DNA from: Paraspadella gotoi
Lineage: Eukaryota; Animalia; Chaetognatha
Reading direction: 5' to 3'
DNA: 64,000 bases
Assembly: GCA_051294375.1 (NCBI GenBank)
Contig: CM119266.1
Span: forward strand, 1,369,554 to 1,433,553
Position 1 is the stretch's first letter; each line of letters opens with the position of its first letter. The notes below the pieces were generated by a model. It did no database searches. It worked only from the letters and a program-made list of their open reading frames with translations, and was not told the DNA's origin. Positions 27,290-40,189 of this stretch are shown here, in pieces. The position numbers and the translations under genes are program-made.

Positions 27290-27483
27290 TTACCGTCGTC
27301 GTCGTACGTAGTCGAAATCGTCGTCGCTATCATCGTCGAATCAAATCATCATCATCATCATCAATCATCATCTCATCATCATCATCATCATCTTCTCCCC
27401 TCCCGGTCACCGACGTTTCCTCGTTTAACGAATATTAGGGAAACCGAAAGTCGTTTCGCGTCGTCGTCTCGTCGTCGTCGTCG

Positions 27484-27520
<37 letters not shown>

Positions 27521-27761
27521 TCATCATATCATCATCATCTTCTCCCCTCCGGTCACCGACGTTTCCTCGTTTAACGAATATTAGGGAAACCGAAAAGTCG
27601 TTCGCCGTCTGTCGTCGTCGTCGTTCGTCGTCGTCATCATCGATCAGCATCATCATCATCATCATCATCATCATCAATTCATCATCATCATCATCATCTT
27701 CTCCCTCCCGGTCACCGACGTTTCCTCGTTTAACGAATATTAGGGAAAACCGAAAGTCGTT

Positions 27762-27793
<32 letters not shown>

Positions 27794-28055
27794 TCGTCAA
27801 TCATCATCCATCATTCACATCATCATCATCAATCATCATCATCTTCTCCCCTCCCGGTCACCGACGTTTCCTCGTTTAAACGAATATTAGGGAAACCGAA
27901 AGTCGTTCGCGTCGTCGTCGTCGTTCGTCGTCGTCGTCGATCTCATCATCATCATCATCATCATCATCAATCATCATCATCATCATCATCATCTTCTCCC
28001 CTCCCGGTCACCGACGTTTCCTCGTTTAACGAATATTAGGGAAACCGAAAGTCGT

Positions 28056-28097
<42 letters not shown>

Positions 28098-28206
28098 TCA
28101 TCATCATCATCATCATCATCATCGATTCATCATCATCATCATCTTCTCCCTCCCGGTCACCGACGTTTCCTCGTTTAACGAATATTAGGGAAAACCGAAA
28201 GTCGTT

Positions 28207-28274
<68 letters not shown>

Positions 28275-28413
28275 ATCATCATCCATCATCATCATCTTCT
28301 CCCTCCCGGTCACCGACGTTTCCTCGTTTAACGAATATTAGGGAAACCGAAAGTCGTCGCGTCGTCGGTCCGTCGTCGTCGTCGTCGTCGTCATCATCAT
28401 CATCATCATCATA

Positions 28414-28447
<34 letters not shown>

Positions 28448-28514
28448 TTCTCTCCCCTCCCGGTCACCGACGTTTCCTCGTTTAACGAATATTAGGGAAA
28501 CCGAAAGTCGTTCA

Positions 28515-28553
<39 letters not shown>

Positions 28554-28674
28554 CATCATTCATCATCATCATCATCATTCATCATCCATCATCATATCTC
28601 ATCATCATCATCATCTCACGTCCTTTAGTCGTCGTCGTCGATCGTCGTCGTCGTCGTCGTCGTCGTCGTCATCA

Positions 28675-28705
<31 letters not shown>

Positions 28706-29243
28706 TTCTCCCCTCCCGTCACACGTTTCCTCGTTTAACGAATATTAGGAAACCGAAAGTCGTCCGTCGTCGTCGTCTCGTCGTCGTCGTCGTCGTCGAT
28801 CGAATCATTCATCACATCATCATCGAGCATCATCATCATCATCATCCATCATCATCTTCTCCCCTCCCGGTCACCGACGTTTCCTCGTTTAACGAATATT
28901 AGGGAAACCGAAAGTCGTTCGCGTCGTTCGTCGTCGTGTCGTCGTCGTCGTCGTGTCGTCGTCATCATCATCATCATCATCATCAATCATCTATCATCAT
29001 CATCATCTTCTCCCTCCCGGTCACCGACGTTTCCTCGTTTAACGAATATTAGGGAAACCGAAAGTCGTTCCGTCGTCGTCGTCGTCGTCGTCGTCTCGTT
29101 CGTCGTCGTCGTCATCATCATCATCATCATCATCATCATTTCATCACCATCATCATATACATCATTCATCATCATATCATCAACGTCTTACGCGTCGTCG
29201 TCGTTCGTCGTCGTCGTGCCGTCGTTCGTCGTCGTCATCATCG

Positions 29244-29286
<43 letters not shown>

Positions 29287-29393
29287 TTCTCCCCTCCCGG
29301 TCACCGACGTTTCCTCGTTTAAACGAATATTAGGGAAACCGAAAGTCGTTCGCGTCGTCGTCGTCGTCGTCGTCGTTCGTCGTCGTCTCATCG

Positions 29394-29438
<45 letters not shown>

Positions 29439-29856
29439 TTCTCCCCTCCGGTCACCGACTTCCTCGTTTAACGAATATAGGGAACGAAGTCGTTCACGTC
29501 GTCGTCGTCGTCGTCGTCGTCGTACGGTCGTTCGTCGTCGTCGATCACATCATCATCATCATCATCATCATCATCATTTCATCATCATCTTCTCCCCTCC
29601 CGGTCACCGACGTTTCCTCGTTTAACGAATATTAGGGAAACCGAAAGTCGTTCGCGTCTGTCGTCGTTCGTCGTCGTTCTTCCGCATCATCATACATATC
29701 ATCATCATCATCATCATTCATCATCACATATCATCATCATCATCATCTTCTCCCCTTCCGAGTCACCGACGTTTCCTCGTTTAACGAATATTAGGGAAAC
29801 ACGAAAGTCGTTCAGTCGTCGTCGTCGTCGTTCGTCGTCGTTCTCGTCGTCGTTCG

Positions 29857-29890
<34 letters not shown>

Positions 29891-29965
29891 AATCATCATC
29901 ATCTTCTCCCTCCCGGTCACCGACGTTTCCTCGTTTAACGAATATTAGGGAAACCGAAAGTCGTT

Positions 29966-29997
<32 letters not shown>

Positions 29998-30034
29998 ATC
30001 TATCGTCTCTTCATCATCATCATCATCACGATTC

Positions 30035-30067
<33 letters not shown>

Positions 30068-30480
30068 TCATCATCATCATCATCATCTTTCCCCTCCCGG
30101 TCACGACGTTTCCTCGTTTAACGAATATTAGGGAAACCGAAAGTCGTTCCGTCGTCGTCGTCGTCGTCGTTCGTCGTCGTGTCGTCGTCGTCGTGTGTCG
30201 TCGTCATCTTCCTCATCGTCTTCGGTTTATCGTCGTCGTCGTTGTCGTCGTCATCATCATCAAACTCTCAGTCGTCAAGCGTCTGTTTTATCGTCGTCGT
30301 CGTCGGTGTCGTCATCGTTCGCGTTCGTCGTTCGTCGTCTCGCTCTGTCGTCGTCGCCTCGTTCGTCTCATCGCGTCTCGGTTTTATCGTCGTTCGTCGT
30401 CGTCGTCGTCGTCATCATCTATCATCGTCGTACGTCAGTCGTCGTTTTATCGTCGTCGTCGTCGTCGTCGCCATTTCGAG
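27290..30480 (+). repeat. Satellite array, block 2: same core plus microsatellite spacers, about 17 units
   Basis: Same core from ~27390 to ~30150, ending in a degenerate (GTC)n tract. Confidence 0.95.
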
Positions 30481-31638
30481 CGATGACGTCGCTAAACTCG
30501 CGAGGGAATTTTGCTTCGATGGAATTTTCCCCATTTTGTTTTTTTTTTGTTTGTTTGTTTTAGTTTTACGTCTTTTTACGAATAAATTTAATTTATGAAC
30601 TTTTTCTAATTTTATAATAAACAACCTCAACCCCCGACTCCCGCTGTCACAACCAGCGATTTCAAAATGGGGAAAGCAGAAGGCAATCACCGCCTGCGGA
30701 TCACGAATGGAGACCGCGTCCCCCCGGTGACTCCGTGATTCCGGCCTAGACCGACCGACCGACCGAGCGTCGACCTTTTTTCACTTCGACTCACAGCATC
30801 GACGTTGATCGTTAGTCGGTCACTCCACCGACGACCAGCTGAGTTTTTATTCACTCGCTTCTCACCCTCTCTCTTTCTCTTTCTCTTTCCTCTCCGGTTC
30901 ACACTTTCACTTTCCACTCTCACCCTCCCTTTATAGGCTGACCCTTTACCCATTTACTTTCCAACCTTCACAGGCTGACCCCTTTTCCCTTTTCCCCCTC
31001 TCACCGGTTTCACATTTCTCTCTCTCTATCGCTTTCCTCCTTTCTCTCTCACAAAAGCTGCTTTACTCTCGCCTTCTCCCTTACGGTCACATTGACTTTT
31101 CCTTATTTTTCCTTATTCCTTTTTTTGTCTCTCTTTTACCTTTACCTTTTATCCTTCTTTTCTCTCTCCTTTTACTTTTTCTTCGCTTCTTCCACCATCC
31201 TTGTTCCTGGTTTATCAACCACCTGATCCCATTGAACTGAACATTTCCATTGTCCACTAACCACCAGGTCAAGTGGCCATTCAACACTGACTTTTCACAC
31301 TAGTCTACTCACTTAACCCTTCTACCTTGTGATACTCTGCCTCCCACTCACGAAACTTCCTGTGCTGTGCCAATAACGTAAAATTTTTTGTGCTCATTTT
31401 AAGGTCAAAATTTTTTTTCGATGCGATATAATTGTTGAGGTTTTCAATTTATTGTCATCTGTTTTATTTACTTTATTTTCCCGATCCTTCTTTCTCCTCC
31501 TTCCCTTGCCTCGGCTTTATGAGAAAACTCTTATCGATTGTACTCAATTCGCCGTCAGGTAGCCTCGCCTGATTTCAACAGGCGTTGACCCACATTGGAT
31601 CTTTGTGACGCATAGACCAATGGGAAAAAAAACCCCGT

Positions 31639-31754
<116 letters not shown>

Positions 31755-32086
31755 TTCTTCTTTTCTTTTTCCACGTTTTTCCTTTTCCTTTATTTCTTTT
31801 CTTTTTATCCACGCGTCATTTCTTCCTTTTTTTCCTTTTCTCTACTTTCTCTTCTTTTTTTCATTGATTCTTTCTTTCTTAATATTTTTTCTTAATATAT
31901 TATCTTCTGTATTCATTTATTTCTTTGACTCCACATTTTCCCCACGACTCCCTCTTTCCCTTTACGGTTTTTCTCCCCTTTTCTTTTTACATTCCTTTAC
32001 TCATTTCCTTCTCTTATTTTCGCAAGCATTAATTTCTTTCCTCCCTTCCTCCTCTCCTTCCCCCTCCCTTCCTCCCTCCACCCAAC

Positions 32087-32232
32087 CTGCTTCCTCGCCG
32101 TGACCCAAATTGGTTCCCCCTTGTTCCACCATCGCGGCCGAAAGAATTCCATGGACTTCCGGTCGAAGGTGGCGTTGCGTTCAGCGTCAAACATGACGTC
32201 ACCCAAGACGCCGTGAGACCCGGGGTGAAGTC
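32087..32232 (-). CDS. ENPP-family (ENPP6-like) ectonucleotide pyrophosphatase/phosphodiesterase, exon 2
   Basis: Translates to (G)LHPGSHGVLGDVMFDAERNATFDRKSMEFFRPRWWNKGEPIWVTARKQ, matching the ENPP motifs HG..GN..D and WW..EPIWVT. Acceptor CCCTCAG precedes 32232, donor CAG|GTTGGG follows 32087, and the phase is compatible with exon 1. Confidence 0.9.
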
Positions 32233-34852
32233 CTGAGGGTAGGCGATGGGTGGGTCGGGGGTGGCATGGGGGTTTTTGGGTGTAGGGAGGGAGTGGAGGG
32301 GGAAAAATAAACGAAGTTCGTTGTATCATGGAAACCTGAAATTTATCTCGATTTTCATTGTCGTCCTTTTCGTCGTATTAAACGTGGTTGTCGTCGTCGT
32401 TTTCTTCATCTTCTTCTTCGTCGTCGTCGTCGTCATCCTCGTCGTCGTCGTCTTAAACGTGGTCGTCGTTGTCGTCGTCGTCGTCGTCGTCGTTCGTTCG
32501 TTCGTCCGTGATGGGGAACGACAGGAGAAACGGGATTACGATGTCAAATATCATATCTCCCGTCCACTACAAAATGTAAATAGGATTTTGGCCTTCAACC
32601 CAAAATTGAGTCCTTACAGCTGTCATAATAATGATTGTTTAAAGATTATCATCGTAAGAGTTACCGAAGATGACAGAAAAAAAAGGGAAATAATAGTAAA
32701 TATGAGTTGGGTAAAGTTAAGAAAAATAAAGGTAAAGAAAGAAGGGTAGAGGAAAAACTTTTTTAAAAAAAGAATTTGGAAGATTCTCGAGATAAAGTTG
32801 ACGCGATGGAGGCCAAAATCTCGATTTAAAAAAAAAGTCAACATTTTTTTTATAAAAGGAAGAAAGCTATTTTCCCCTTCGATGTTTTTTCTTTCAAGTT
32901 TTGGATTTTTTTTTTTTAGTTTTATTTTTTAAATCTTCTCTTTTCTCACTTCCTTTATTTTTTTTCCCCGTTTTTTGGTCTTTTTTTCCTTCTTTTTTAC
33001 CTTAATTTTTCCCTTTTTATCTCTTTTCTTTTTCGTCGACTTTTCGTTACCGATTTCTTACAATCTCATCATCTTCACCGTCATCATTCTCATCATCATT
33101 ATCATCAAAAAATCATCATCATATCATTATCATCATTATCATCATCGTCATCACTAATTCAAGGTCACGATCGAATCATCCCTTCACAATTTTCGATCGA
33201 CAAAGGATTTCCAGGTGAAGAGCGCCTTCCTATAAATATCCTTCTCTTGTCCATATGTCCGTATATGTCTTTGTTTTTTCTCATCTCTTCTCAATCCATT
33301 TTTTTTCGTCCTCCCGCCCCCCACCAGGGGCCCCAGGGAGCGAGACACGGGAGGTCGTTAATACAAGAAATAAAAAAGGAGAAACTGAATTCATTGATGT
33401 TATTGCGATTTCGTCCATCGCACGCAGAACCTTTGACATGGATTTCTGGGAAAAGCTCCAAGACCCGGATGTTAAGAAAAATAATCTTGGGATGAGAAAG
33501 AAAGAAAGAAAAAAATAATTAAGCATGAATTTTCGTTCCTTTTTTGCGATGGTTCTTCATTGCACTGAATATTCAACGAAAAAATGGTTTTTGAGGCAAC
33601 AAAGATTTTAAAAACCAATTTTTCGTTAAATCTCATACACAACGAAACGAAAGAATACTATCGAACTTAATATTATAAATATTATAAACTGAATATACTT
33701 AATATTCATAATTTTGCTTAATTTTTTAAGTTTATTTTCTTCAAAACCAAGCAAATTATAATTCTCACTCTTCAAAAAATATTATTTTAGGAATTGTTTT
33801 GTATTAGTTGTTCTCTCTTCTTCATTCATAATTATTCATCGTTTCTTCATTTACATCTTTCATTCCTTCCATTATCAAAGCCTTCATACCGTCCTCGATT
33901 GTCAACTCTATCGATTTCAATCTCTCTCTCATCTTGCCTCATGTCTTCTCTCTCGCTCTCGTTCAATCTCTCTCCTCCTCTCCTTCTCTGCTCTCTCCAA
34001 GTATTAGGTCGCGGTCGGCGGCCGAATCCCTCTGGGCGTTCGAAACGAGAAACGGCGTCGATAAACAAAAGGAGCATCGAAGGGTAGCGTCGGGAACTGA
34101 TAGATGTACAAACAGTAATTGTGAGAAAAAGGAGAGGAGGAACTGAGGGGGGGGGAATGATTAAGCGGAGGAAATTGAGATTGAGCGATGACAAGACAAT
34201 TCCGTGTAGTAATTGAAGGTGAAGAGAGAAAATGGGGAAGAAAAATGGGGAAGAAAAATGGGGAAGAAAAATGGGGATGAAAAAAAGGGAAAAGGGATTA
34301 TGCGAAGCGATTACAAGGTGATCCGATAGAGCGGATATTAAGCTTAGAAACAAAAGACTGTCATTAATCGGAAAAACAATTATAGGGAAAAGCGGAAAGT
34401 AATCGGGGGTTTTTTTTGGCTGATAATAAAAAAAAACATTGAGAAACAGATAATAAAACAAAATAATAAAACGAAACACGAAAAAAAACAAAACCAAACA
34501 ATCGGTTTTTGCCAAGAACAAAAAATGTTGGTGAAGCGACGCGAAGCGAAACTAACTCTGGCGGCGAAGAGGGAGGTAAACAAAAGAACGCGATAACTTA
34601 TTAAGAGAATTCCGACGAGGAATGGGGTGAGTTTGGGTGAGGGTTATGGGTGGGGTGGGTTGTGGGAGAGCGAAGGTTGGGTAGAGAGTCGGGTAAGTTG
34701 AGCTCGAGTAAAATGTTAAAATGATTAAAGAGGATAGGGAGCGAACAGGATTAATGAGAAATGAGAGAAGTTAAAATAGATGAGAGTGAAAGAAGGGGAG
34801 GAAATCGTTGGAGAGAGAGAGAGAGAGGAGAGAAGAGAGAGAGACAGAGAAG

Positions 34853-34883
<31 letters not shown>

Positions 34884-35260
34884 CGATGAGAGAGAGAGAG
34901 AAGAGACTTAAAATGAAAAAGCGCTCTGGTGTGAAACACTCGGTAAGAAGTCCGAGACAAAAATAAATTAATCTCATCAGTTCTTTCTTTTTGTAAATCT
35001 CTGGTAAAATAGGTTGCCGTCCATAGCGAGGCTGCCTGAGAAAAATGTTTGTAATCAACAACGAGAGGTTATGACAATACGGTTTCCCTTTATTTAATGA
35101 TGCCATTACACGCCGCTTTGCTTTCAAAGTAATAGTTTCCTATTAATTGTTTGCTCATTTTCTGGCAAGCTTTGTTGTCAAGAAAAAAAGTGAATTCAGC
35201 ACAATTCAATAAGTTGCGGCTTGTATCATAATATAATATATATATATTATTTTTTTAAAG

Positions 35261-35446
35261 CATACATACAGAGGGACCGACAAAACAGCTTCTTATTGTG
35301 GATACGGCGCCAAACGGGCTGAAGATTTCTATCCGTAACTTCTATGCCAACTCAGCAGCAATGGAAGAAATGTTGAGAATAGAACCTGGCTGTTTATGGC
35401 CGTCCTCATGCTTCCCTCAGGATAGGTTCCGGGTTGGGATTGAACC
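35261..35446 (-). mobile_element. 5'-truncated second copy of the tRNA-derived SINE
   Basis: Matches the reverse complement of 294-470 (GGGTTGGGATTGAACC, GGCCGTCCTCAYGCTTCCC, GTAACTTCTAT, GGGCTGAAGAT). It extends into a tail AATAAGAAGCTGTTTTGTCGGTCCCTCTGTATGTATG. Confidence 0.75.
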
Positions 35447-35518
35447 TTGAAAAAGAGAGAGATTCTCTCTCGACGAGGTACGACGCACGACGAACAACGA
35501 CGACGAAACGACGAGACG

Positions 35519-35550
<32 letters not shown>

Positions 35551-37642
35551 AGACGAGGAAAGAATTGGGCGAGAAAAATTCGAAAACCATCAGAAAATAC
35601 GGCAAAGTGGAAAAAATGGAGCGTATGATAGTACGACGACGAAGACTATAAATAAACGACAATGATGATCGACTGATTGACGACGTTTCTGACAATGACG
35701 TTGACGTCCTTGACAGCGATTGTAAGAAAAGAAAACGATGAGCAGTTGAGTTGACCACGGAAAATTGTCGAGGATGACCTGGAGATAGATGATGAACAAT
35801 TACGTTCAAGTGAGGTATGCTGATAACGACTTCGACGACCAGCTATCTGATGACGTACAATGTCAATGACGACAATGATTGAAGATACAGTTGACGACGA
35901 CGACGAGACGAACGACGAACAGACGACGACGACGACGACGACCGACGATGACAGACGATCATTGATTCGAACGAAGCGAAACAGAGGAAAAGAAAACGCC
36001 AGTCGATGTGGAAGGTTTACTTTTGCTAAGGACGTTTGGAAATCGTTGGGAGGATTCGACTGTTAGACGTGGAATTCAGATGGAAGCGGTTTTTCAGTTC
36101 AGGGGAACATATTGGCAGACCGCCCCTCCACCGAGACCCCTCCGTCAAATCCTGGAATTCCCTCAACGCCCCCTCCCCCCTGTTAGAAATCGACAGAGGC
36201 GTTCTCGTCTTTCGCTTCAACGCGGAAAGAGTTTCCTCCTTTTGTTTCTCGGATAAATTTAATTTCACGCTCTCTCTCTCTCTCTCTGCCTCTCGAATCT
36301 CTCTCTCTCCTCTCTTCTCTTCTTCTCTCTCTCTCTCTTCTCTTCTCTCTCCTACTCTCTCGTCTCTCTATCTCGTTCTCTCTCTCTTTTCCCTCTCCCT
36401 CTCTCTCTCTCTTCTTTTGTCTCGAAATGGTTTCTCCTTTCTCTTATTCTTGGGAAGAGAATTGATGAGGTTTTTCCCCTTAAAATTTGAAGCGGAGGTT
36501 AAAATCTGGGCTCCTTTTTCCTTTTTCTCTACTGTTGGAATGACGCGAAAACTGCTCGCCATTCTATGCCTCTCTCTCATCTCTCTCCTCTGTTTCCCTC
36601 TGCTCTTTCCTCTCTCTCCGTCTCTACTCTCGTCTCTCTCTCTCAGTCTCTCCGAGTCTCTCCTCTCTCTCTCTCTCGTTCTCCTCCTCTCTCTTTCTCT
36701 GNNNNNNNNNNNNNNNNNNNNNNNNNNNNNNNNNNNNNNNNNNNNNNNNNNNNNNNNNNNNNNNNNNNNNNNNNNNNNNNNNNNNNNNNNNNNNNNNNNN
36801 NNNNNNNNNNNNNNNNNNNNNNNNNNNNNNNNNNNNNNNNNNNNNNNNNNNNNNNNNNNNNNNNNNNNNNNNNNNNNNNNNNNNNNNNNNNNNNNNNNNN
36901 NNNNNNNNNNNNNNNNNNNNNNNNNNNNNNNNNNNNNNNNNNNNNNNNNNNNNNNNNNNNNNNNNNNNNNNNNNNNNNNNNNNNNNNNNNNNNNNNNNNN
37001 NNNNNNNNNNNNNNNNNNNNNNNNNNNNNNNNNNNNNNNNNNNNNNNNNNNNNNNNNNNNNNNNNNNNNNNNNNNNNNNNNNNNNNNNNNNNNNNNNNNN
37101 NNNNNNNNNNNNNNNNNNNNNNNNNNNNNNNNNNNNNNNNNNNNNNNNNNNNNNNNNNNNNNNNNNNNNNNNNNNNNNNNNNNNNNNNNNNNNNNNNNNN
37201 NCTCTCTCTCTCTCTTTCTTTCTTTTTTTCTCGCTTTCATCTTTTCCCATACCGTTTCTTTTTTACTTTTCTTTCTGTGTATGCATAATATATTGTATAA
37301 CATAATGCATATATTCTGTGCTGTAGCTCTTCGTGATGCTACCTTAAAAATATTAATTTAAAAAAAATTTTCACCCAAAAATTTGAATTTCTCAAGTAAT
37401 TTAAGAAACCCGCCTAAAAATTATATTATTTTTGTTTGGAAACTGTTCAATAATTTCAGAGCCAGCTTCCAAAATCGGTCCGCCAGGGAGACTAAGGAGC
37501 AAAAGGCCCGTTGAAAAAAAAACGTGAAAATCAATGGGTCTTTTTTTCTCTCCTACGCGTTATAAATTTAAAGAGGTTTTTAAAACTACTTCATACAAAT
37601 TTGGAATTTGCCTTTTCGAGATTGGTGCCTGACGTACAACGC

Positions 37643-37683
<41 letters not shown>

Positions 37684-39065
37684 CTTTCTTTCTCTCTCTC
37701 ATCCTTTCTCTTTACTCTCTCTCGCGTCTCTTTCTCCTCTCTCTCTTTTTCTCTCTCACCTCTTTTCTCTCTCATCTATGTGATACACATCTCGTTCTTT
37801 TTTTGGAGGATCAAACGAGATTTGAATCGTCAGTTCATATTAAGTCCTGATCGAATTAATTCTCGCTCTCTCTCTCTCATCTCCATCTCTCTCTGCTCTC
37901 CACGCGTCCGGAACTTCCGTTCTCGCGTCTCTTCTCTCTCTTCTCCGGTCTCCGTCTCGTATCGCTCATCTCTCTCTCCTCTTATCTTTTACTCTCGCGA
38001 TGAAATTTTTTTTTGGGGGTTCCCCCCAAATCGAAAAAATATGAATTTCTGGTTCTCGATGGGATACGAACTCATGACTGAAAAGTATTACATCTTCTTT
38101 CCACGTTCTTCTTCTCTCTNNNNNNNNNNNNNNNNNNNNNNNNNTCTCTCTCTCTCTCTCTCTCTCTATCTTTTACTCTCCGATGATTTTGTCATCGAAT
38201 ATGAATTTCTCGATGGAATAGAACTCATGACTGAAAGGTATTCTCCTTCTTTCCACGTTCTCTCTCTCTNNNNNNNNNNNNNNNNNNNNNNNNNNNNNNN
38301 NNNNNNNNNNNNNNNNNNNNNNNNNNNNNNNNNNNNNNNNNNNNNNNNNNNNNNNNNNNNNNNNNNNNNNNNNNNNNNNNNNNNNNNNNNNNNNNNNNNN
38401 NNNNNNNNNNNNNNNNNNNNNNNNNNNNNNNNNNNNNNNNNNNNNNNNNNNNNNNNNNNNNNNNNNNNNNNNNNNNNNNNNNNNNNNNNNNNNNNNNNNN
38501 NNNNNNNNNNNNNNNNNNNNNNNNNNNNNNNNNNNNNNNNNNNNNNNNNNNNNNNNNNNTCTCTCTCTCTCTCTCTCTCTTATTCTTCACAATGTTATTA
38601 CTAAATCATGTTCCAGCTTTAAAACCGCGGAAAAAAACCGGGTAATGGAATTGAATTTCATCGAGAGAGAAGGAATGAGTCATTGGAGAATTATTCATTA
38701 CCACTTAAACTGATTTGAATATTTTCAGTCGCCAACATCTTACTCTTACATGTCACACGTCTGCATAGTCTTTGTCAGCCCAGACTGTTTAGAAATTCGT
38801 CAACGCAAGATATTTTTTGAAATATTTGAGCAGAATATTAAAAAGATTTTGAAGAAGTTTTTAAACATGTCTCACATTTTTTCTTTCCTTTACAAGTGAT
38901 GATTTTTCTTTTTACTTTTTCTTCTCATTACCATTCTCACTCAGCAAGTCCTTATTTCTCTTTCCTCTTTTCTCTTTTCTCTTTTGCCTTTTGTTTGTTG
39001 TTTACTTTTCTTGCTCCTTAAACCCAAAGTTGTCAATATGGACATCCGGATTTTTACGACCAATT

Positions 39066-39387
39066 ACTTTACGGTCGGTCGGTCCGTCGGTTTGTCTGTC
39101 TGTCGGTATGTCTGTCTGTCGGTCTGCCCCACTTACGTTTAAAATACTCATAAGACAGGAAAGCTAAGGGACTGTTAGCGCCGCCTTCCGGAAATAAAAG
39201 ACAAAAAACCCAAGACAAAAGACAAAATTACGATGCAGTGCTTGTCATAAATACATGGGCTAAGAAAGTTATGGTAGTCATGTAATAAAGTCATGTCACG
39301 TCGTCATGTCATGTAATGTCATGTCATGTCATGTCACAAGAAACACGTGATAAAAGCGCAACACATTTCAATTACCGTTCTTGTTTT
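39066..39387 (+). mobile_element. Non-autonomous Helentron/DINE-1-like element (HINE)
   Basis: (GTCG/GTCT)n microsatellite near the 5' end, shared body CTAAGGGACTGTTAGCGCCGCC, and 3' end GCGCAACACATT..AATTACCGTTCTTGTTTT, as in the copies at 45785 and 57072. Internal (CATGT)n expansion. Confidence 0.7.
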
Positions 39388-39518
39388 TCTGTTTTTGTCT
39401 TTTTCTGCTTTTTCATTTTTATCTTTATCTATTTTATACTATTTTTTTCTACTATTGTTTTATTTTTATATTTTTTTCTTTTTCTCCCTCGCTCTCTTTT
39501 CATCCCCTATCTTCAGCT

Positions 39519-39604
<86 letters not shown>

Positions 39605-40189
39605 TTACTCTTTTTCAATGTAGCGGAAATCTCGTCCAATGGATGAAAAGGATTTATTTCTTTTTCTTTTTTTTTTTGCATTCAAATCTTTAAAACTAAA
39701 CTCCAGAGTGGAAGCCGAGTTTTTCTGAGAGCTTAGTTTTAGTTTTAATTAATTGAATTCATAAAAGAATAAATTATCCAATCCAATCGTTTAATAATTT
39801 AAAAAGACGAAATTTATTTATTAATTAGTTATTTATTATTTTATCCAAATGAAACATCTAACACATTTTAGCCTGTCTTTAATTTAACTTTTTGAATTTT
39901 GCACCGGGAAGAAGAAATGGATGTATTAACTCCCCAAGACTCCAAAATCAGAAATCAAACCGGCTTGTTGACAAAGGAATGAAATCATTTTCATAATGAA
40001 ATAATTGAAATTGGACTAAGGAAAGATGCAGAAAGTAAAAATACGTATTTAACGTTAGGAAACTATATTTAACCAGCAACTACTCAATCAATCACGACCG
40101 CACGCAGGACCGTACATACGCTCGTACGCGCACGTCCGAGACCCCGCCTCCCGCGGCATCGGCCACCGACCGCCGGGACTTTTTTTTAC

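Noticed and set aside
27395-27460. Minimal type I hammerhead on the minus strand of the array core (stem, CUAAUAU, UCGU/ACGA stem, GAAAC-GUC)
   Set aside because: The topology is suggestive, but the essential CUGANGA box reads CUAAUAU, lacking G5, G8 and A9 in every copy.
21760-30150. CRISPR array
   Set aside because: The spacers are (GTC)n(ATC)n microsatellites with no unique content, the repeat is ~65 bp, there are no cas genes or leader, and the context is eukaryotic.
35846-35900. Hammerhead core CTGATGA
   Set aside because: No stem II or appropriately placed GAAA follows.
36036-37361. Long ORFs spanning N runs (also 1158-1976, 42691-44146, 49789-50198)
   Set aside because: Their length comes from untranslatable N gaps and (CT)n tracts.
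40092-40189. C-terminal part of the ORF-track ENPP ORF (KKKSRRSVADAAGG...)
   Set aside because: This is intron read-through past the GT donor at 40189. Family similarity stops there and resumes at 32232.
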